Positions 1 through 15,739 of a stretch of DNA of 64,000 nucleotides are shown in pieces. The DNA comes from Octopus vulgaris. Its lineage: Eukaryota. The number at the start of each line of letters is the position of its first letter. Position 1 is the first letter of the stretch. The notes beneath the pieces were generated by a model, which saw only the letters and a program-made list of their open reading frames with translations, was not told the origin of the DNA and did not search any database. The translations under genes were made by a program, and so were the position numbers. Where the stretch lies: positions 76,570,001-76,634,000 of the forward strand of contig OX597816.1 of NCBI GenBank assembly GCA_951406725.2, written 5' to 3'.

Positions 1-55
1 AAGCCTACCGAACGACAGAGTCTTACTACTTCATCATATGAGGGCCAGGGGCAAT

Positions 56-108
<53 letters not shown>

Positions 109-317
109 TGTGTCTGGTAGTTGAGTTTGATGGTTTGAGTTGACGCATTTTAATGAAAAGTACGTATCGGTTGGTGATATCAAAGAATATGTCTAGGATT
201 TGTGCCCAAGAGGGTGATACATCTGTGAGACGCCACTTCACTAATAAAGATGCCAGCTCGCTTCCAGATTAACTTTGGTATCGTTTGTTTCGTGGAATTA
301 TGCTACAATTTAGCAGT

Positions 318-330
318 AGGAGCAGTGTCG

Positions 331-374
<44 letters not shown>

Positions 375-612
375 TCAGCAGTAGTAGTATCAGCAGTAGT
401 AGCAACAGCAGCAGTAGTAGCAGCAGCAGCAGGAGCAGTAGTAGTAGTATCAGTAGTAGTAGTAGTAATAGTAATTGTAGTAGTAGTAGTAATAGTAGTA
501 GTAGTAGCAGTAGTAGCAGCAGCAGCAACAGCAGCAGCAACAGCAGCAGCAACAGCAGCATCAGTAGTAGTAGTAGTAGTAGCAGCAGCAGTAGTAGTGA
601 TTGTTGTTGTTG
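318..612. repeat. Compound (TAG)n/(CAG)n trinucleotide microsatellite
   Basis: Direct tandem gtagta/gcagca runs; these explain the poly-V/A and poly-L ORFs. Confidence 0.95.
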
Positions 613-639
613 TTTTATAGCCCTAGATCAGGCGTAATC

Positions 640-2200
<1,561 letters not shown>

Positions 2201-2347
2201 GTACGAGAGAACGGGAACCGGAGATTGTTTTTGCTAACAATAGACAGGCATTCTTAATGATCGTAGTGAACTGAGAATTTGCTGCACACACTGTAAGAGT
2301 AGAACTTTCAGGCTGCGAAATACCTTACCTACAATTCTTGGTAGGGA

Positions 2348-2400
2348 AGAAGAAGAAGAAGAAGAAGAAGAAGAAGAAGAAGAAGGAGGAGGAGGAGAAA
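2348..2400. repeat. (GAA)n/(GGA)n microsatellite
   Basis: Direct tandem repeat. Confidence 0.9.
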
Positions 2401-2559
2401 GAGAAGGGAGAATAAGAAGGAACGTAGGCAGTATGATAGTAGTAGGATGTTAAATGGTCAAGTGAACTACAAGTGAATCGTTATGGATCATAATAGTGAT
2501 TGGGATTGTTTCATAATGAATTCTTGGGAATCTCTTAAGTGTATCATTTTAAATATTTG

Positions 2560-2920
2560 CGTGCGTGTTTGTGTTATTCTAAGGCCGTGGCGGATATGTC
2601 GTTTGTTGTAGCTGCGTTCAAAAGGGGTCTGTATTTTGTAATAAAGAGAGTATCTTTACTAATTCGTTGGCTACAGGTTGCATCGTCCCTGAATTGATAG
2701 AGGGAAAATTCTGAAGCTTGGATTTTTGTTATTGGCGTCGATGTGTTGGCTGAATGCTATTTTTCTCTTTTGGGGAATTTTGATCTGGGATCTGGGCCAT
2801 TCTTTTACGTAGACTGTTTTTTTGTTTGGCCTATGTATTGTTCTTGATACCCAGAGCAGGTTAGTGCATCTATGAGGTTCTCCGAAGCACATGTGACACA
2901 TTTACTTAAGCACATATACA
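2560..2920 (-). mobile_element. GIY-YIG endonuclease fragment of a second Penelope-like family (pseudogene)
   Basis: Minus strand: NLIDALTCSGYQEQYIGQTK, then after a frameshift RSQIKIPQKRKIAFSQHIDA...FRIFP. Confidence 0.65.
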
Positions 2921-3309
2921 CGTGTGTAAACAAACATAGCATTCACATATACAGGAGCGAATCTTGATATATGCGCATAATCATATATGGAAAGCCAAGC
3001 ATTGAAGGAACGCTAAAAATTTAAAAGTGTCGTTAAGGAAACATACTTCATAAGGTGAGAGAAGAAGACAAGTTATAGAAAGAGAAAAACAAGGTAAAAT
3101 GGGAGACAGAGAAAGGGGAGAGAGAGAGAGGAGAGAGTAACAGGCAAAATTGTATAGATAAAAGAAGGGAAAGAAAAGGGGGAAGAATAAATGTTATGGG
3201 AAGTGAGATCGAAGAATAAAGGAAAGATAATTTGCAGAAAATTATTATTAGACAATGGGTAGATACAATTTGAAAAACCGAAGGAATGTTTTTTTCTAGT
3301 GTGTACATC

Positions 3310-5050
3310 TGTAAGCTCTCTCGGGAAATCTGTTTACCAGTTTATGTTTGAAAAAGAGAATAAAAAATTACTCTTCCGTACAAAGAGGACAAAAAGATTT
3401 CCCTTTATCACAGGGAAAAGATCTAGATAAAATTTTCCATTCTAAAAAAAAATTGTTTGAGTCTGTAAGGTGCCAGATTAGTTTACTAAGTGCAGTGGAG
3501 TTACATTTTCGATTGCATTTGAAGGTAGAAAAATGGTTAGCCAGTCTGGATTTCAAAAATGTAGAGAAATACCTATACAAGAAAATTCCTTGTTACCAGA
3601 GGTAACAGCATTGGTATACGGCATTTTTAATTCAGCAGTTTCCAGTTAGGACACAGGTTTTATTAGGACCATATTTGCAAATGTTGGTTACATTGAGGTT
3701 ATCATTTAAGGAGAGATTTTCGTTAATATTATTGTTAGTTTTAATAAGGTTACTAGAAATATTAGGAGAGAAATTGTAACCTCTTAGGATATAGCTGTTA
3801 GGTGAAGGTATAATTTGCAAGACGTTGCTGGTGTTAGAGAAACCTACTCCCATACGGTGTGTGTTGAAAATCGAGTGGTACCTCGAATTAATAGGGAAGT
3901 TTCTTTCTATTGCTTGACGAAATAATAGTTGAAGGTTACTTTTTACTTGTTTACCGTATGGAATAATCAGCCAAATATTTTTATTAGGGTTGTGTGATTG
4001 CGAGATTCATTATTAAAAAACCTAGTGTTATTATTGTAGCTTAAAAAAGAAGACGAACATGGTTATTTCCTTTTGACTGATTACTTTTAGGATTACGAGG
4101 GTAAGGTTATTTAGATGGAACTGGGTATTATTTTGAATATTGATAATCGTAGAATCAAGCTAAAACTCTTGTTGTTATTGTATCCGTTACTATCATTATT
4201 GTTATTACGACTGTTATTGTTATTATTATAGTTGGGGCCAACGTGGTTATAATATTTAATCTGTTCCTTATATCCTACATTAGATAAAGCTGAGTTATAA
4301 AACTCAGCGTTAATATTGAAAACAGTTTCGTTGGCGGATAATATAGAAATTCTAAGTGATATGTTTTAACTAAGATTTTGTTATATTGTTATGGTGATTA
4401 CTAAAGACACTGATGTATTTCAGGTTAGTAGAAGGTTTATGGTATGGGAAATACAAAGCCGTATTTAAGTTTAGAGTAAGATCGATGAAGTTAATTTCAT
4501 CAAAGGAAATACTTAGGCCATATTACTAAAGAATTTAACTAAATCACGTTTAACTTTTTGTCGTTTGATTAGAGGTATTTTGTGGGTAAAATAGGCAATC
4601 ATCACGATGTAAACCACCGTATATAAGGGAATTGTTCTTCAATTGCAGATAGAATATAAATTCCGACCAAATCCGAGGCTTGAGCGGAGTCAGAACTTCC
4701 CATCGGAATATCGGAGCAATCAGGTCGACCTTTTCGAATTCATAGCTTATTATCAAATTGGATGATAGATGTTCTTGACGCTAGGACAACATTAATGTCG
4801 TCACGGGTTAGGCTGGCCTTATTATGTGCGAACCATAGAGCTTTATTAAGGATGATAGGATTGATAGAGGAATAATAGCTACAGATGTCGAACTGGATGA
4901 ATTTAGTGTTTAGTTTATTTTCTATTGAATTGAACCAGTCCACAATCTGGAAAGAGTTAGACCAAAGATGAATAGTTATTTTCGTTAATGAGGGAATGTA
5001 CTTATCCAGAATATTTTTGTTAAGTATGCCGATATCCAATCTAGAAGGAT
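3310..5050 (-). mobile_element. Decayed Penelope-like retroelement (RT + GIY-YIG), 5'-truncated at a microsatellite
   Basis: RT motifs KFIQFDICSYYSSI, GGLHRDDCL and INFIDLTLNL..PYHKP; linker IWLIIPYGKQVK; EN C-terminus STALSKLIWHL..EWKILS..CPLCTEE. Collinear with the 31387-33965 element. Confidence 0.85.
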
Positions 5051-5172
5051 GTACATACATACATATATATTTGTGTGTGTGTGTATGCGTGTGTATGTGC
5101 GTGTATGTGTGTGTGCGCGTGTGTGTTCGTATGCATGCATGCATTGATAAATTCTATACAGTATATATGCAT

Positions 5173-5205
<33 letters not shown>

Positions 5206-5864
5206 GTCACACATACATTTACATATGCATAAAGTGGGAGAGAGACATGGGTGAGAGGGACTAGAAAAGAATTTGACAAATAATATAAATTACTTTTACT
5301 AAAAGTACCAAATTTATTATATTAAAATCACCTGTCCAAATAGATTGCCAATTCTTTTTTGGTATTAATTGGCAAGCTTTAAGACATAGATCGTTTGGCA
5401 AATGATGAAAACGCAAGAAATAAAAATGGTAGATAAACAAATGAATAGATAAATAATCTAACAAGAAAGTGGACAGTTGGAACGCTTTTGATTAATATAA
5501 CTGATCTGGGACTAAACATCGATAACACACACAACTGCATTACTTAAGGGCACATTAAAAAACCACCATCGAGGGAGGTGGTACGTGAACAGTCCAGGAA
5601 TAAATATAGCAGCCAATCTTTCTTGAGAGGAAAGACACATTCAATATTAAAGCTATCGACACATTTTTGACTGAAGGACATGGTAACTCCTTTTTGGTCA
5701 GCACCATTTCATAATATTCCAGTATAACTGTGCATAAAAAGCAGAATGGCTGATTGTTTCTTTGGGATTGGTCAAGTGATGAAGACATCCCTGATATCCC
5801 CGATAGAAAATCGATGAAAGTTGTAGTTAAATTTGACATGGTTGTATGTTTACGATGTAGGTTT

Positions 5865-6010
5865 ACCTACACACCTACATACGTACGTACATACCTACCT
5901 AACCTACCTACCTACTTACTTACCTACCTACCTACCCACTTACCTACCTACCTAGCTACCTTCCTACCAACCTACCTACCTACCTACCTACCTACCTACC
6001 TACCTACCAT
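5865..6010. repeat. (CCTA)n microsatellite
   Basis: Direct tandem repeat. Confidence 0.9.
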
Positions 6011-6240
6011 ACATACATACATATATACAGACGTATATATACATACCGGCATATATATATACATGTATATAGATAGGTATATATATGTATGTTTGCCATT
6101 ATTCGGTTTTATTTCAAAATTTCTCGCCAATAGAGAAAGAGACGGTCGTAACATAGATCCAAAGATTCTTTATTGAATTTTCAACATCAAGATATTTTTG
6201 TATGTATATATATATATATATATGTATGTACGTATGTATG

Positions 6241-6285
<45 letters not shown>

Positions 6286-6287
<2 letters not shown>

Positions 6288-8515
6288 CTTAGAATAACTT
6301 AGAAAGGTTTTGGCCAGTATTGGCCCAGGCCATGTCTAACTTAATAGCACCACCTGGCGAAGTCTTTCAGTTCAGGATTTGGGCACCAAGGCTCATTCGA
6401 GCAGAGAGTTATTGTTTGCGGAGACATATCCGGGTGTGGGTGGTTTGTCCGGTACTGTTTGAAGGAATTTGTCCAAAGACTTCTTGAATTTTGTGTGGTC
6501 AGTTTCTTTTTTGACGTGTCCTGGTGTAATGTTGAAGAGAGCGGGTCCAATTGAGGTGAAATAGTTGTGCCGTATTGTCGTTATGTGATGCGATTTAGAT
6601 TTTTGTTGTGGACGGATGGCACGTGGTCCAAGTCTTGGATGCATTTTGAAGGTGATGCCAACATCATTCGGACAGTGCTGATGGAATATTTTCCACATCA
6701 TACAGATAATGTAGCGTTCACGTCGTCGTTGGAGTGAATACAATTTCAGCTTCTCTAGTCTACCCCAGTAGTCAAGGTCTGACATGCCATCTATCTTTTT
6801 TGTGATTGACCTTTGGGGAGCTTCAATTCTCATAATATTTTGCTTTGTGTAGGGAGACCACAGTGGACAGCAGTATCCAAGGTGGGGTCGGGCAAAAGTG
6901 GAGAAGAGAAGGATAATAGCGTGGGAATCTCTCGACTGGAAGGTTCTGAGAATCCAGGAACACATTCTGCGGGTCATGTCAACTTTGCTGCTTATATCTG
7001 TAGCCCAGCTTATGTTGTTGTCCACTGTTACTCCCAGGTCTCTGATGTTGTTGGATGCCATGAGAATTTCTCCAGAAGGAAGAGAGTATGGGAGTTTCAG
7101 AGCGTCCTCCCTTCCAAAGTGGATCAGTTCGAATTTGTCTTCATTTAGCAACATGTTATTCTTTTCCGCCCATTGGACAACAGCCAGTAGGTCTGACTGA
7201 AGGTTTATTCGGTCATCTACGCCATTGATGACCTTCTGGAGCTTGGAATCATCAGCGAAGGTTCTGATGTTACTGTGTTTGATGGTGTCAGTAATATCAT
7301 TTATGTAGATGATGAAGAGAAGTGGGCCCAATACAGTGCCTTGTGGGACACCACTGCTGACTTTGGCTGGGCTGGATTTGACTCCTTCGACTACAACATG
7401 TTGGGTTCTGTTAGCCAGGAAGCACTTGATCCACTGCAGCAGCTTTCCAGTGACACCAATATTGGACAGCTTTCTCAAAGGATCTTATGATCAACCCTGT
7501 CAAAGGCCTTGCTGAAATCAAGGTAGATGACATCAGTGTTGGAACCTTCTCCCAAGGCTCTCAAAATGTCATCAAAATGATGCAGTAGCTGCGTCAGGCA
7601 ATCTCTCCCATTACGGAATCCATGCTGGTTGGGGTTTAGCATATTATGACTCTCAAGGAAGTGAGTCATACGCGATCTCAGTACCCTCTCAAATACCTTG
7701 ATGATATGAGAGGTGAGTGAGATTGGACGGTAATTCGCGGCAAGCGATTTGTTTCCTTTTTTGAAAACTGGGACAACAGACTGGGATAGAAGGTCTTCTG
7801 GTATATATCCAGCATCCAGTGAGTTCCGCCACAGATTGGCTAGAGGGGGTGCAAGTTGGTTTTGACACATCTTCAAGACACAAGCAGGGAACCTATCGGG
7901 ACCTACTGCTGAATTATGCTTCATTTCCTTTATTGCTGCTAAGACATCAGGAGCGCCAAATGTTATGTCCGATAAAGTGTATTGGGGAGTAACATCACTG
8001 ATACAGCCCAGATCAGTCATATCAGGATTGCTGAAAACAGAGAAATATTGTTTCTGCAATATCTCTCCCATGGTTTTGGCATTGTCTTGAAGAGTACCAT
8101 TTTCATCAATCAGAGGGCCAACAGTAGAACCAGTGACTCTGTGTTTTTTTGCAAATGAAAAGAACACTTTGGGATTGAGTTTGATCTTCTCAATGGCCCA
8201 GGCCTCTTCAGCTCTTCGCTGACTATTGATGATAGACATCATGTTGTTTTGGAGTTTATGTTTTTTAATCTCTAGCGACGAGATGGCAGTCAGGTTGGTG
8301 TGTTGCTGTTGACAGTATTTCAGCATGTTGATCTTTTTGTTGATTCTTTTAATTTTCCTTATGAGAGATTTTCTATTTCTAGGGATTCGACACTTAGATT
8401 TGTTTGCATATGTTAATGGGGTGTGTCTTGCACATATGTTCGTGATGGTGTCTACAAGTGACTGCCAGGACTTTTTGATGTTAGTGGTTGTGTATGTGTG
8501 CGTGAAGGACCAATC
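6286..8515 (-). mobile_element. 5'-truncated CR1/L2-group non-LTR retrotransposon (LINE), RT region with one frameshift
   Basis: [27 protein letters not shown], then a -1 frameshift at ~7478, then GVPQGTVLGPLLF, FADD and DLGV. 3' tail has a GGCCA-atac-TGGCC hairpin and (TTCTAAGTTA)2. Flanked by (TA)n on both sides. Confidence 0.93.
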
Positions 8516-8517
8516 GA

Positions 8518-9429
<912 letters not shown>

Positions 9430-9431
<2 letters not shown>

Positions 9432-10350
9432 GGACACAATATACAGGTGGGCTGAGGACAACAACATGCCGTTTAATGCAGGTAAGTTCCAGGCCCTGCG
9501 CTACTGGCACACAAAGGTAAATGACGTGAAGACTGGATACACTGGCCCAGGAAGAATTGCAATCCCCGAGTCAAAATCAGTGCGTGACCTGGGCATTGAC
9601 ATGAGCAATGATGCATCTTTCCAAATGCATATTGCTAATCTGGTGATAAAATGCAGACGGCTAGCTGGATGGATTCTCCGAACTTTCAGAACAAGAGAGA
9701 AGGAGACACTGATGGTCCTATGGAAAACATTTGTCCTCAGCCGCTTGGACTACTGCTCCCAACTTTGGTCACCACACAATATAAAACAAACAGCAGAACT
9801 CGAAGCAACTCAGAGAAGCTACACAAAGAAAATCGTCTCAATGCAAAATGTCAGCTACTGGGAAAGACTGAAGGTATTAAACCTCTTCTCCCTGGAGCGG
9901 AGGCGGGAGAGATATGCAGTGATATACATCTGGAAAATCCTTAGGGTGTCATGTCCCAAACTTTGGCATTCAAAGTTACTCCAACCGCAGAACGGGGCGC
10001 CGCTGCGTGGTGCCAAGGATTCCAACATCACCATCAAAATACAGGTCCAGTACTGCAACAGCTTGGGTTTTAGAGGACCACAGCTCTTTAATATCCTCCC
10101 TAAATGCCTGAGAGACTTACATGGTGTGGATGTGGGTTCCTTTAAAACTAAACTGGATCTCTTCTTGTTGGGAGTCCCAGATGAACCTACCTCACGACAG
10201 GAGACACGGATGCGGGCAGCAGTATCGAACTCCCTTGTTGATCAAGTGCCACGTATCAGAGGTGGATTCACAAACTAGTGTAGCTCATTCAGCGGTGGTG
10301 CCCCAGCATGGCCGCGGCCTTCGGGCTAAAACATTTTAAAGGATTTAATG

Positions 10351-10352
<2 letters not shown>
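9430..10352 (+). mobile_element. 3' fragment of a second CR1/L2-group LINE
   Basis: [50 protein letters not shown]; frameshifts near 9945-10030. 3' UTR GCGGTGGTGCCCCAGCATGGCC plus a GCC-ttcg-GGC hairpin and gatttaa tail, then (TA)n. Confidence 0.9.
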
Positions 10353-10418
<66 letters not shown>

Positions 10419-10562
10419 TTATTAGGAATAAAAATTCCGGCATCACAGGGGTTCAAATTATTCTCAATGAGGAAATATATATGTTATTTAGAGATAGTAG
10501 TCCCCTCCATCACACCATATAAAAGAATTTTAATTTAATTTAATACTTACTACTCATTTCTC

Positions 10563-10654
10563 AAATACACGTGTTTCTTCAGGTTTTTACGGTTCCTTAA
10601 GCACTCAGTGTTTTACAGGAACCTTTCTTAAAATGTAACCCCAATCATCAGGCC
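10563..10654 (-). ncRNA. Hammerhead-ribozyme-like motif with extended stem II, inside a Penelope pLTR-like segment (10418-11825)
   Basis: Minus strand: CTGATGA-TTGGGGTT..GGTTCCT..AGGAACC..AACCTGAA-GAAAC-ACGT-GTA. Palindromic stem III ACACGTGT; stem I is weak. The segment start at 10420 resembles the pLTR end at 28360. Confidence 0.5.
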
Positions 10655-11652
10655 TCTAAATAGTTCGGTACCAAATACTATATTTTAATTTTAACATATA
10701 TGTATGTGTATGTGTAAATAGATTTGCCGGACCTCACTGTGCGAGCCATAATTTAATTCAAATAAACTTAATAAAAAGAAAAAAGAAAAAAGAAAAGATA
10801 AAAAATAAGAAAATAAAAAATACGAATAAAAATAAAAATTTACAAAAACTAAATTCTCACGTAACGTATGTCTTTAAGCATTCATAGAAAATTAATATTA
10901 CGTAGGGATAAATAAAAATATATACTTATGATGGTATAATAATGAAAGCAATGACAAATAAATGTGTTCGAATAAAAATGAAAGCAATGACAAATAAATA
11001 TATTCGAATAAAAACTATGGTACGAATGACAAACTGCAAAAAGAAAATTTACAAATGATACGAATGATAAAAATTAAAAATTTACAAAGTAAACATAACT
11101 TAAGGGTAACGCAAAAGAAATGTCGTAAAATATATGTACAAACTACCGACCATTGTCCTACTACGTATTAATTTCGGCTTAACGTCGCAAGGCTCTGCGA
11201 ACATCTACACTCCCACCTACGTCCTGCTTCTTTTAAACTATTACTTAATTAGCATAATAACTTAATAGTAGCAAAGGTCCAGGAAATAAATAAATATATA
11301 TATATATATATATATAATGATAAGAGTAAATAATTTTTATAAAGGCTTTTAAAAAAAAACCCAATTATTTACTGGTAGAATTCGGTATGTAAATATAGCC
11401 GATTACCGGCAGGAACTTCTGTAAAGTTCAGTATATATATTGTATATAAGAAAAAGGGACAGGCAAAACAGGTTGCTTGACCGCATACCGAAAAAATAGA
11501 AATAGCAGTCAAGAATGCTTATTTCTATCAAAGTTGGACTCCGGGCATGACAGACCCTGTAATTCACATATGCAAAACAGAAGGAATAGATAACGAATAC
11601 GAAGTCTGGCGGTTATCTGTGAACATCATGTTTCTGGATTATAAACATATTG

Positions 11653-11739
11653 AATATATATTCCATATATTTTTGAAATATATTTCATATATATGCAATA
11701 TATATGAAATATATTTCAAAAATATATGGAATATATATT
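11653..11739. repeat. Perfect AT-rich palindrome (42-bp arms, 3-nt loop)
   Basis: 11653-11694 is the exact reverse complement of 11698-11739. Confidence 0.9.
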
Positions 11740-11740
11740 T

Positions 11741-11792
<52 letters not shown>

Positions 11793-11820
11793 ATTTAGAG
11801 ATAGTAGTTTCCTTCACCCC

Positions 11821-11894
<74 letters not shown>

Positions 11895-11929
11895 TAAGTA
11901 CGTATATACATGTGTATGTATGTATACGT

Positions 11930-12273
11930 GCAGATTTCTATATTTTGTTTTATGTATGTATTCTCAAGCATATAGTTGCATGTCTAGAGATGCTCATATA
12001 TCATTCTGGAAAGTTTTATAGATATTTACACTTCCAGTGATGGCTTGGATCTGTAGTCTTCGAATGAGATTTCTTCCTTCTGGTTTTGGAAAGCCTAATT
12101 TGTCAAGACTAGTATTTAGGCAGTGTGTTACATTTCGCAGTGCCACAATAATTATAGGTATAAACCTGAACTTTTAATCTCGATAGAGTAACTGTAGATT
12201 TCTCAATAATCCAGCGTAGGTGTCCTCTTTAGATTTATTTTAACATCAACCTGGCAACTAATTTCTACAACTG

Positions 12274-12275
<2 letters not shown>
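11930..12275 (-). mobile_element. 3' fragment of an R4/Dong-type LINE (restriction-like endonuclease C-terminus)
   Basis: Homologous to 17772-18280; decayed VVEISC...LLRNLQLLY...KFRFIPIIIVAL...LQIQ motif. Confidence 0.65.
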
Positions 12276-12307
<32 letters not shown>

Positions 12308-13086
12308 TGCAGCTGTGCACACATATTTATCTAAACATCTATGCCTATATATGCATATGTGTGAAATTACATATGCGCCAACACAGTACGAACGGATCTA
12401 ATTATACAATTACGTGTTAGTTTGTCTCAAACACATTTCTATAACGTCATATGTTCACAAACATACAACGAAGTTTGCATACACACATATTAACAGTTAA
12501 ACATGCATCTATGAGTGCGGTTGCATGCGTGAGCACGTGTGTATATGTGTATGTGTCACCGCGCGTGTCCATGTATTTATGTGTGTATTAATTTCTTCCT
12601 TCCTCATATATTTGATGTCTTTCCCACAATAGCCCTATACCAATATAAATTTATCGACATTATTCGTATGTTTACATGTAAAAAGTATACTTCAAAGTTT
12701 GTGGAAACATAAATTGCCTCCTTCATCTGTATATCAACTTATCATACAAACAGTTATGTATCTGGATATATGCATACAGACAAACTCTCATTTAACTGCG
12801 TTCAACTTTTGCGTAGTTTGGGTATAGAAACATCAAGTAGACGAGAAAACTATATTTAGTTGCTTTGCGTAATAAGTATAAATAAATATCTGATAAAAAA
12901 CATTATGAAATGAATATTCTTCTGCTAGAAAATGAAACGAAGGGCAATAAGTATTAGTAAAAATAAATAAGAACGACTTCCAATAAATAAAAGGAAACTA
13001 TGGTTATATTAGGTACGTACAACAACCATAACAATACGAATATAAGAATATTTTAAATGTACGTACGCATAAATACATACACAGAG

Positions 13087-13129
<43 letters not shown>

Positions 13130-13290
13130 CATACACACATGTATATATATATGTATATATAACACATACATATGTATTTCTCTGCCTGTTTGCCTGTTTC
13201 TCTCTCTATATATATATATATATCCACATTTATATGTGTCTCTCTGTCTCCATCTCAGACTCTCTCTCTCTCTCTCCTCTGTTTACTCAC

Positions 13291-13344
<54 letters not shown>

Positions 13345-13783
13345 TACATACATACTGAAATATTAATATTCAGATGTTAGATCTAGCTAGTTTTGTTTAG
13401 TTATTAAGTTATCCCTTTGTTCTTGATTTTGTTTTATTTTTGATGTATTTCAATAATGTTTACAATTTCAACTTTAATCAATTTCTTTTTAATTTACTGT
13501 CTTTAAAGATTTACCATATATATCACAATATACATACTCCGACACCCATACACACCCATACATCCTCAAAAAACTATAAGATTTTTTTTTTGTAGATTCA
13601 GTAATGGAAGAAGCAAATTTTCAATTTAAATGACAGATTATTTCGTAGACATAAACTAGACAAAGTATTCTACATCAACATTGACAGTAAATATATATAT
13701 CAGTTCAAATTAAGGAATACAGTCGCTGAGCTGGAAGATATACTACAAAAGAGAATACGTATGCGTGTTCATACGTGTATGAC

Positions 13784-13817
<34 letters not shown>

Positions 13818-15173
13818 TTAAAAATGTGTATATTTGAGTGTGAAAGAGACAGAGAGACAGTGATTCTAGGTACATGTTTCTGTGTGTGTGCGCGTGTGTG
13901 TGTGTTGTGTGTGTGTGTGTGTGTGTGTGTTTTGTTTAGCTTCAGGTCAGTAAGACTCAAATATATCAGATTTCTGATCAATGGCATCTAGATATACCCA
14001 ATGATTTATTATCTGTGTTCTAGGTGGCATAGTGAAATTTAAGTTATGTTTTGGTATAATTTTAACAAATTGATTAGCCAGTTAGATGCTTCTCGTCGAT
14101 TAGCTGAAAGGACGGGTTGTATTCTAATAGCTGGAAAATTGATGCTTTGTATAGTCATTCCAGTGCTACTCAGTATTAACTATTCAGTCATATTTCACTG
14201 TATTTGCACACGATTCTGTATAGGTTCTGTATAACAGGGCCATGCAAGATTACAGCTTTTAGTTATACACAACAGAATTATTTGACAAATCGACAGGGAA
14301 GTTACAATTATTTAAGCTACTAGAAATAACAACAAATCTCGCTTAAATTCCACATTTACGACTTAAGAATGAAAGATCAGTTTAGATAACGCAGTCTTAT
14401 AACCCTTTAAGATATGTTCTACGTTTTTTAGGTGTTCACGTAATGCCGGAAAGGATATGATAATAACAAAGTAAGCATTGGATCTGTTACGAGTTGTCAG
14501 CTTATCCCCAGTAAATTGCACATAATCCAAGCAGTGTTTACAAGCAGTATATGATGAAAATTTTGTTGTTTTCATTCTTTATTGTTATGTATATTTTAAT
14601 TTACGTAAACATGGAGGTGCATATGATGACCAGCACTCTTGTACTTATGCTGAAATCCCATGTAAAATATCATATGGAAAGAATGGTATGTAATGACTTT
14701 CACATATTCGCAGGTACGTTTTTGTTGTTTAAAAAATTTACTTCGTGATTCTGCGTTCGATCCTACTGCACACAAACTGGGGTGGCCAATATATCATTAG
14801 CTGAAAATGGTAGCCAAAAACAGTACATAATTCGCTGTGTGTGTGCGTGCGCGCGCACGTGCGTTAGTGTGTATGTGTCTGCCTTCCTGTGTCTGTGTAT
14901 ATACTTCACTAGTTTACAACCGTAAAAGGTGTAAATAACAATGAGAAAGAATATGGAATCCTGCTTTTCGAGCGAAGTTCGTTGTAGTATTTATTTTGCA
15001 TCATTGTTACTTGTTTGACACTTCTCATGCTAAACATGCCTTGAACTAGTGGAAACTGCAGCCAACAACGTTATTTTCACCAATGTACTCTCAAATTTCA
15101 CAGTAAAATTATTTGGAATCGAAGGCCTATTGCACCTCGCCAATAAAAGCAATAACTGTTGTTTTTTAATAAA

Positions 15174-15558
15174 TCTATTATATAAAATCCGTTCTGTCTG
15201 TCTGTTTGTGTGTCTTCTAAGATCTCGGGCATCCTCCATCCGATTGTGCTCAAATTTGATATGTAGATACCAACGGTATCCGGGCGTGTATAAGGCTTGA
15301 AAAAATTACAAAAATCAATTCCAGGGCAGAATGCGATCGATAAAGCCGTGGGAACGTGCATTTGTACGCGCAAGTACATCAGCTGTTGCGATCGATACTA
15401 CGCGTACGCTGAAAAATGCATGGTGTCTCAAATTTAGGTTAAATCAGTATTTTCCAAAGGGGAGGCCTATGGGACTGTCGGACAAGTTGTTATGAGAAAA
15501 TTTAGTTTAAATGTTTGACAACTCAGCGCCGTTCATTGGACGCGGGGCGTTGTGCTCG
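15174..15558 (+). mobile_element. Non-autonomous Helitron-like element
   Basis: 5' A|TCTATTATATAAAA followed by TGTCTGTCTG; GC-rich 3' hairpin-like end (gcgcc...ggggcgt) and CTCG|T terminus (degenerate CTAG). Confidence 0.5.
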
Positions 15559-15739
15559 TCAAGTATATAAATGAGATGAATCAAAGCTGTGGAATAAAAG
15601 CTATTTCTATATTAGTGACTAAAATAAAGTAGAATACAACCAAATATAACTGGAACGTGCAACAACAATATTGTTTGTCTGGTGCTTTCTTTTTTATTTT
15701 CTATACAATATTTTCTATACCTAAGACATATTTCTAACG

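Noticed and set aside
285-620. Poly-Val/Ala and poly-Leu ORFs resembling membrane proteins
   Set aside because: They are translations of a (TAG)/(CAG) microsatellite
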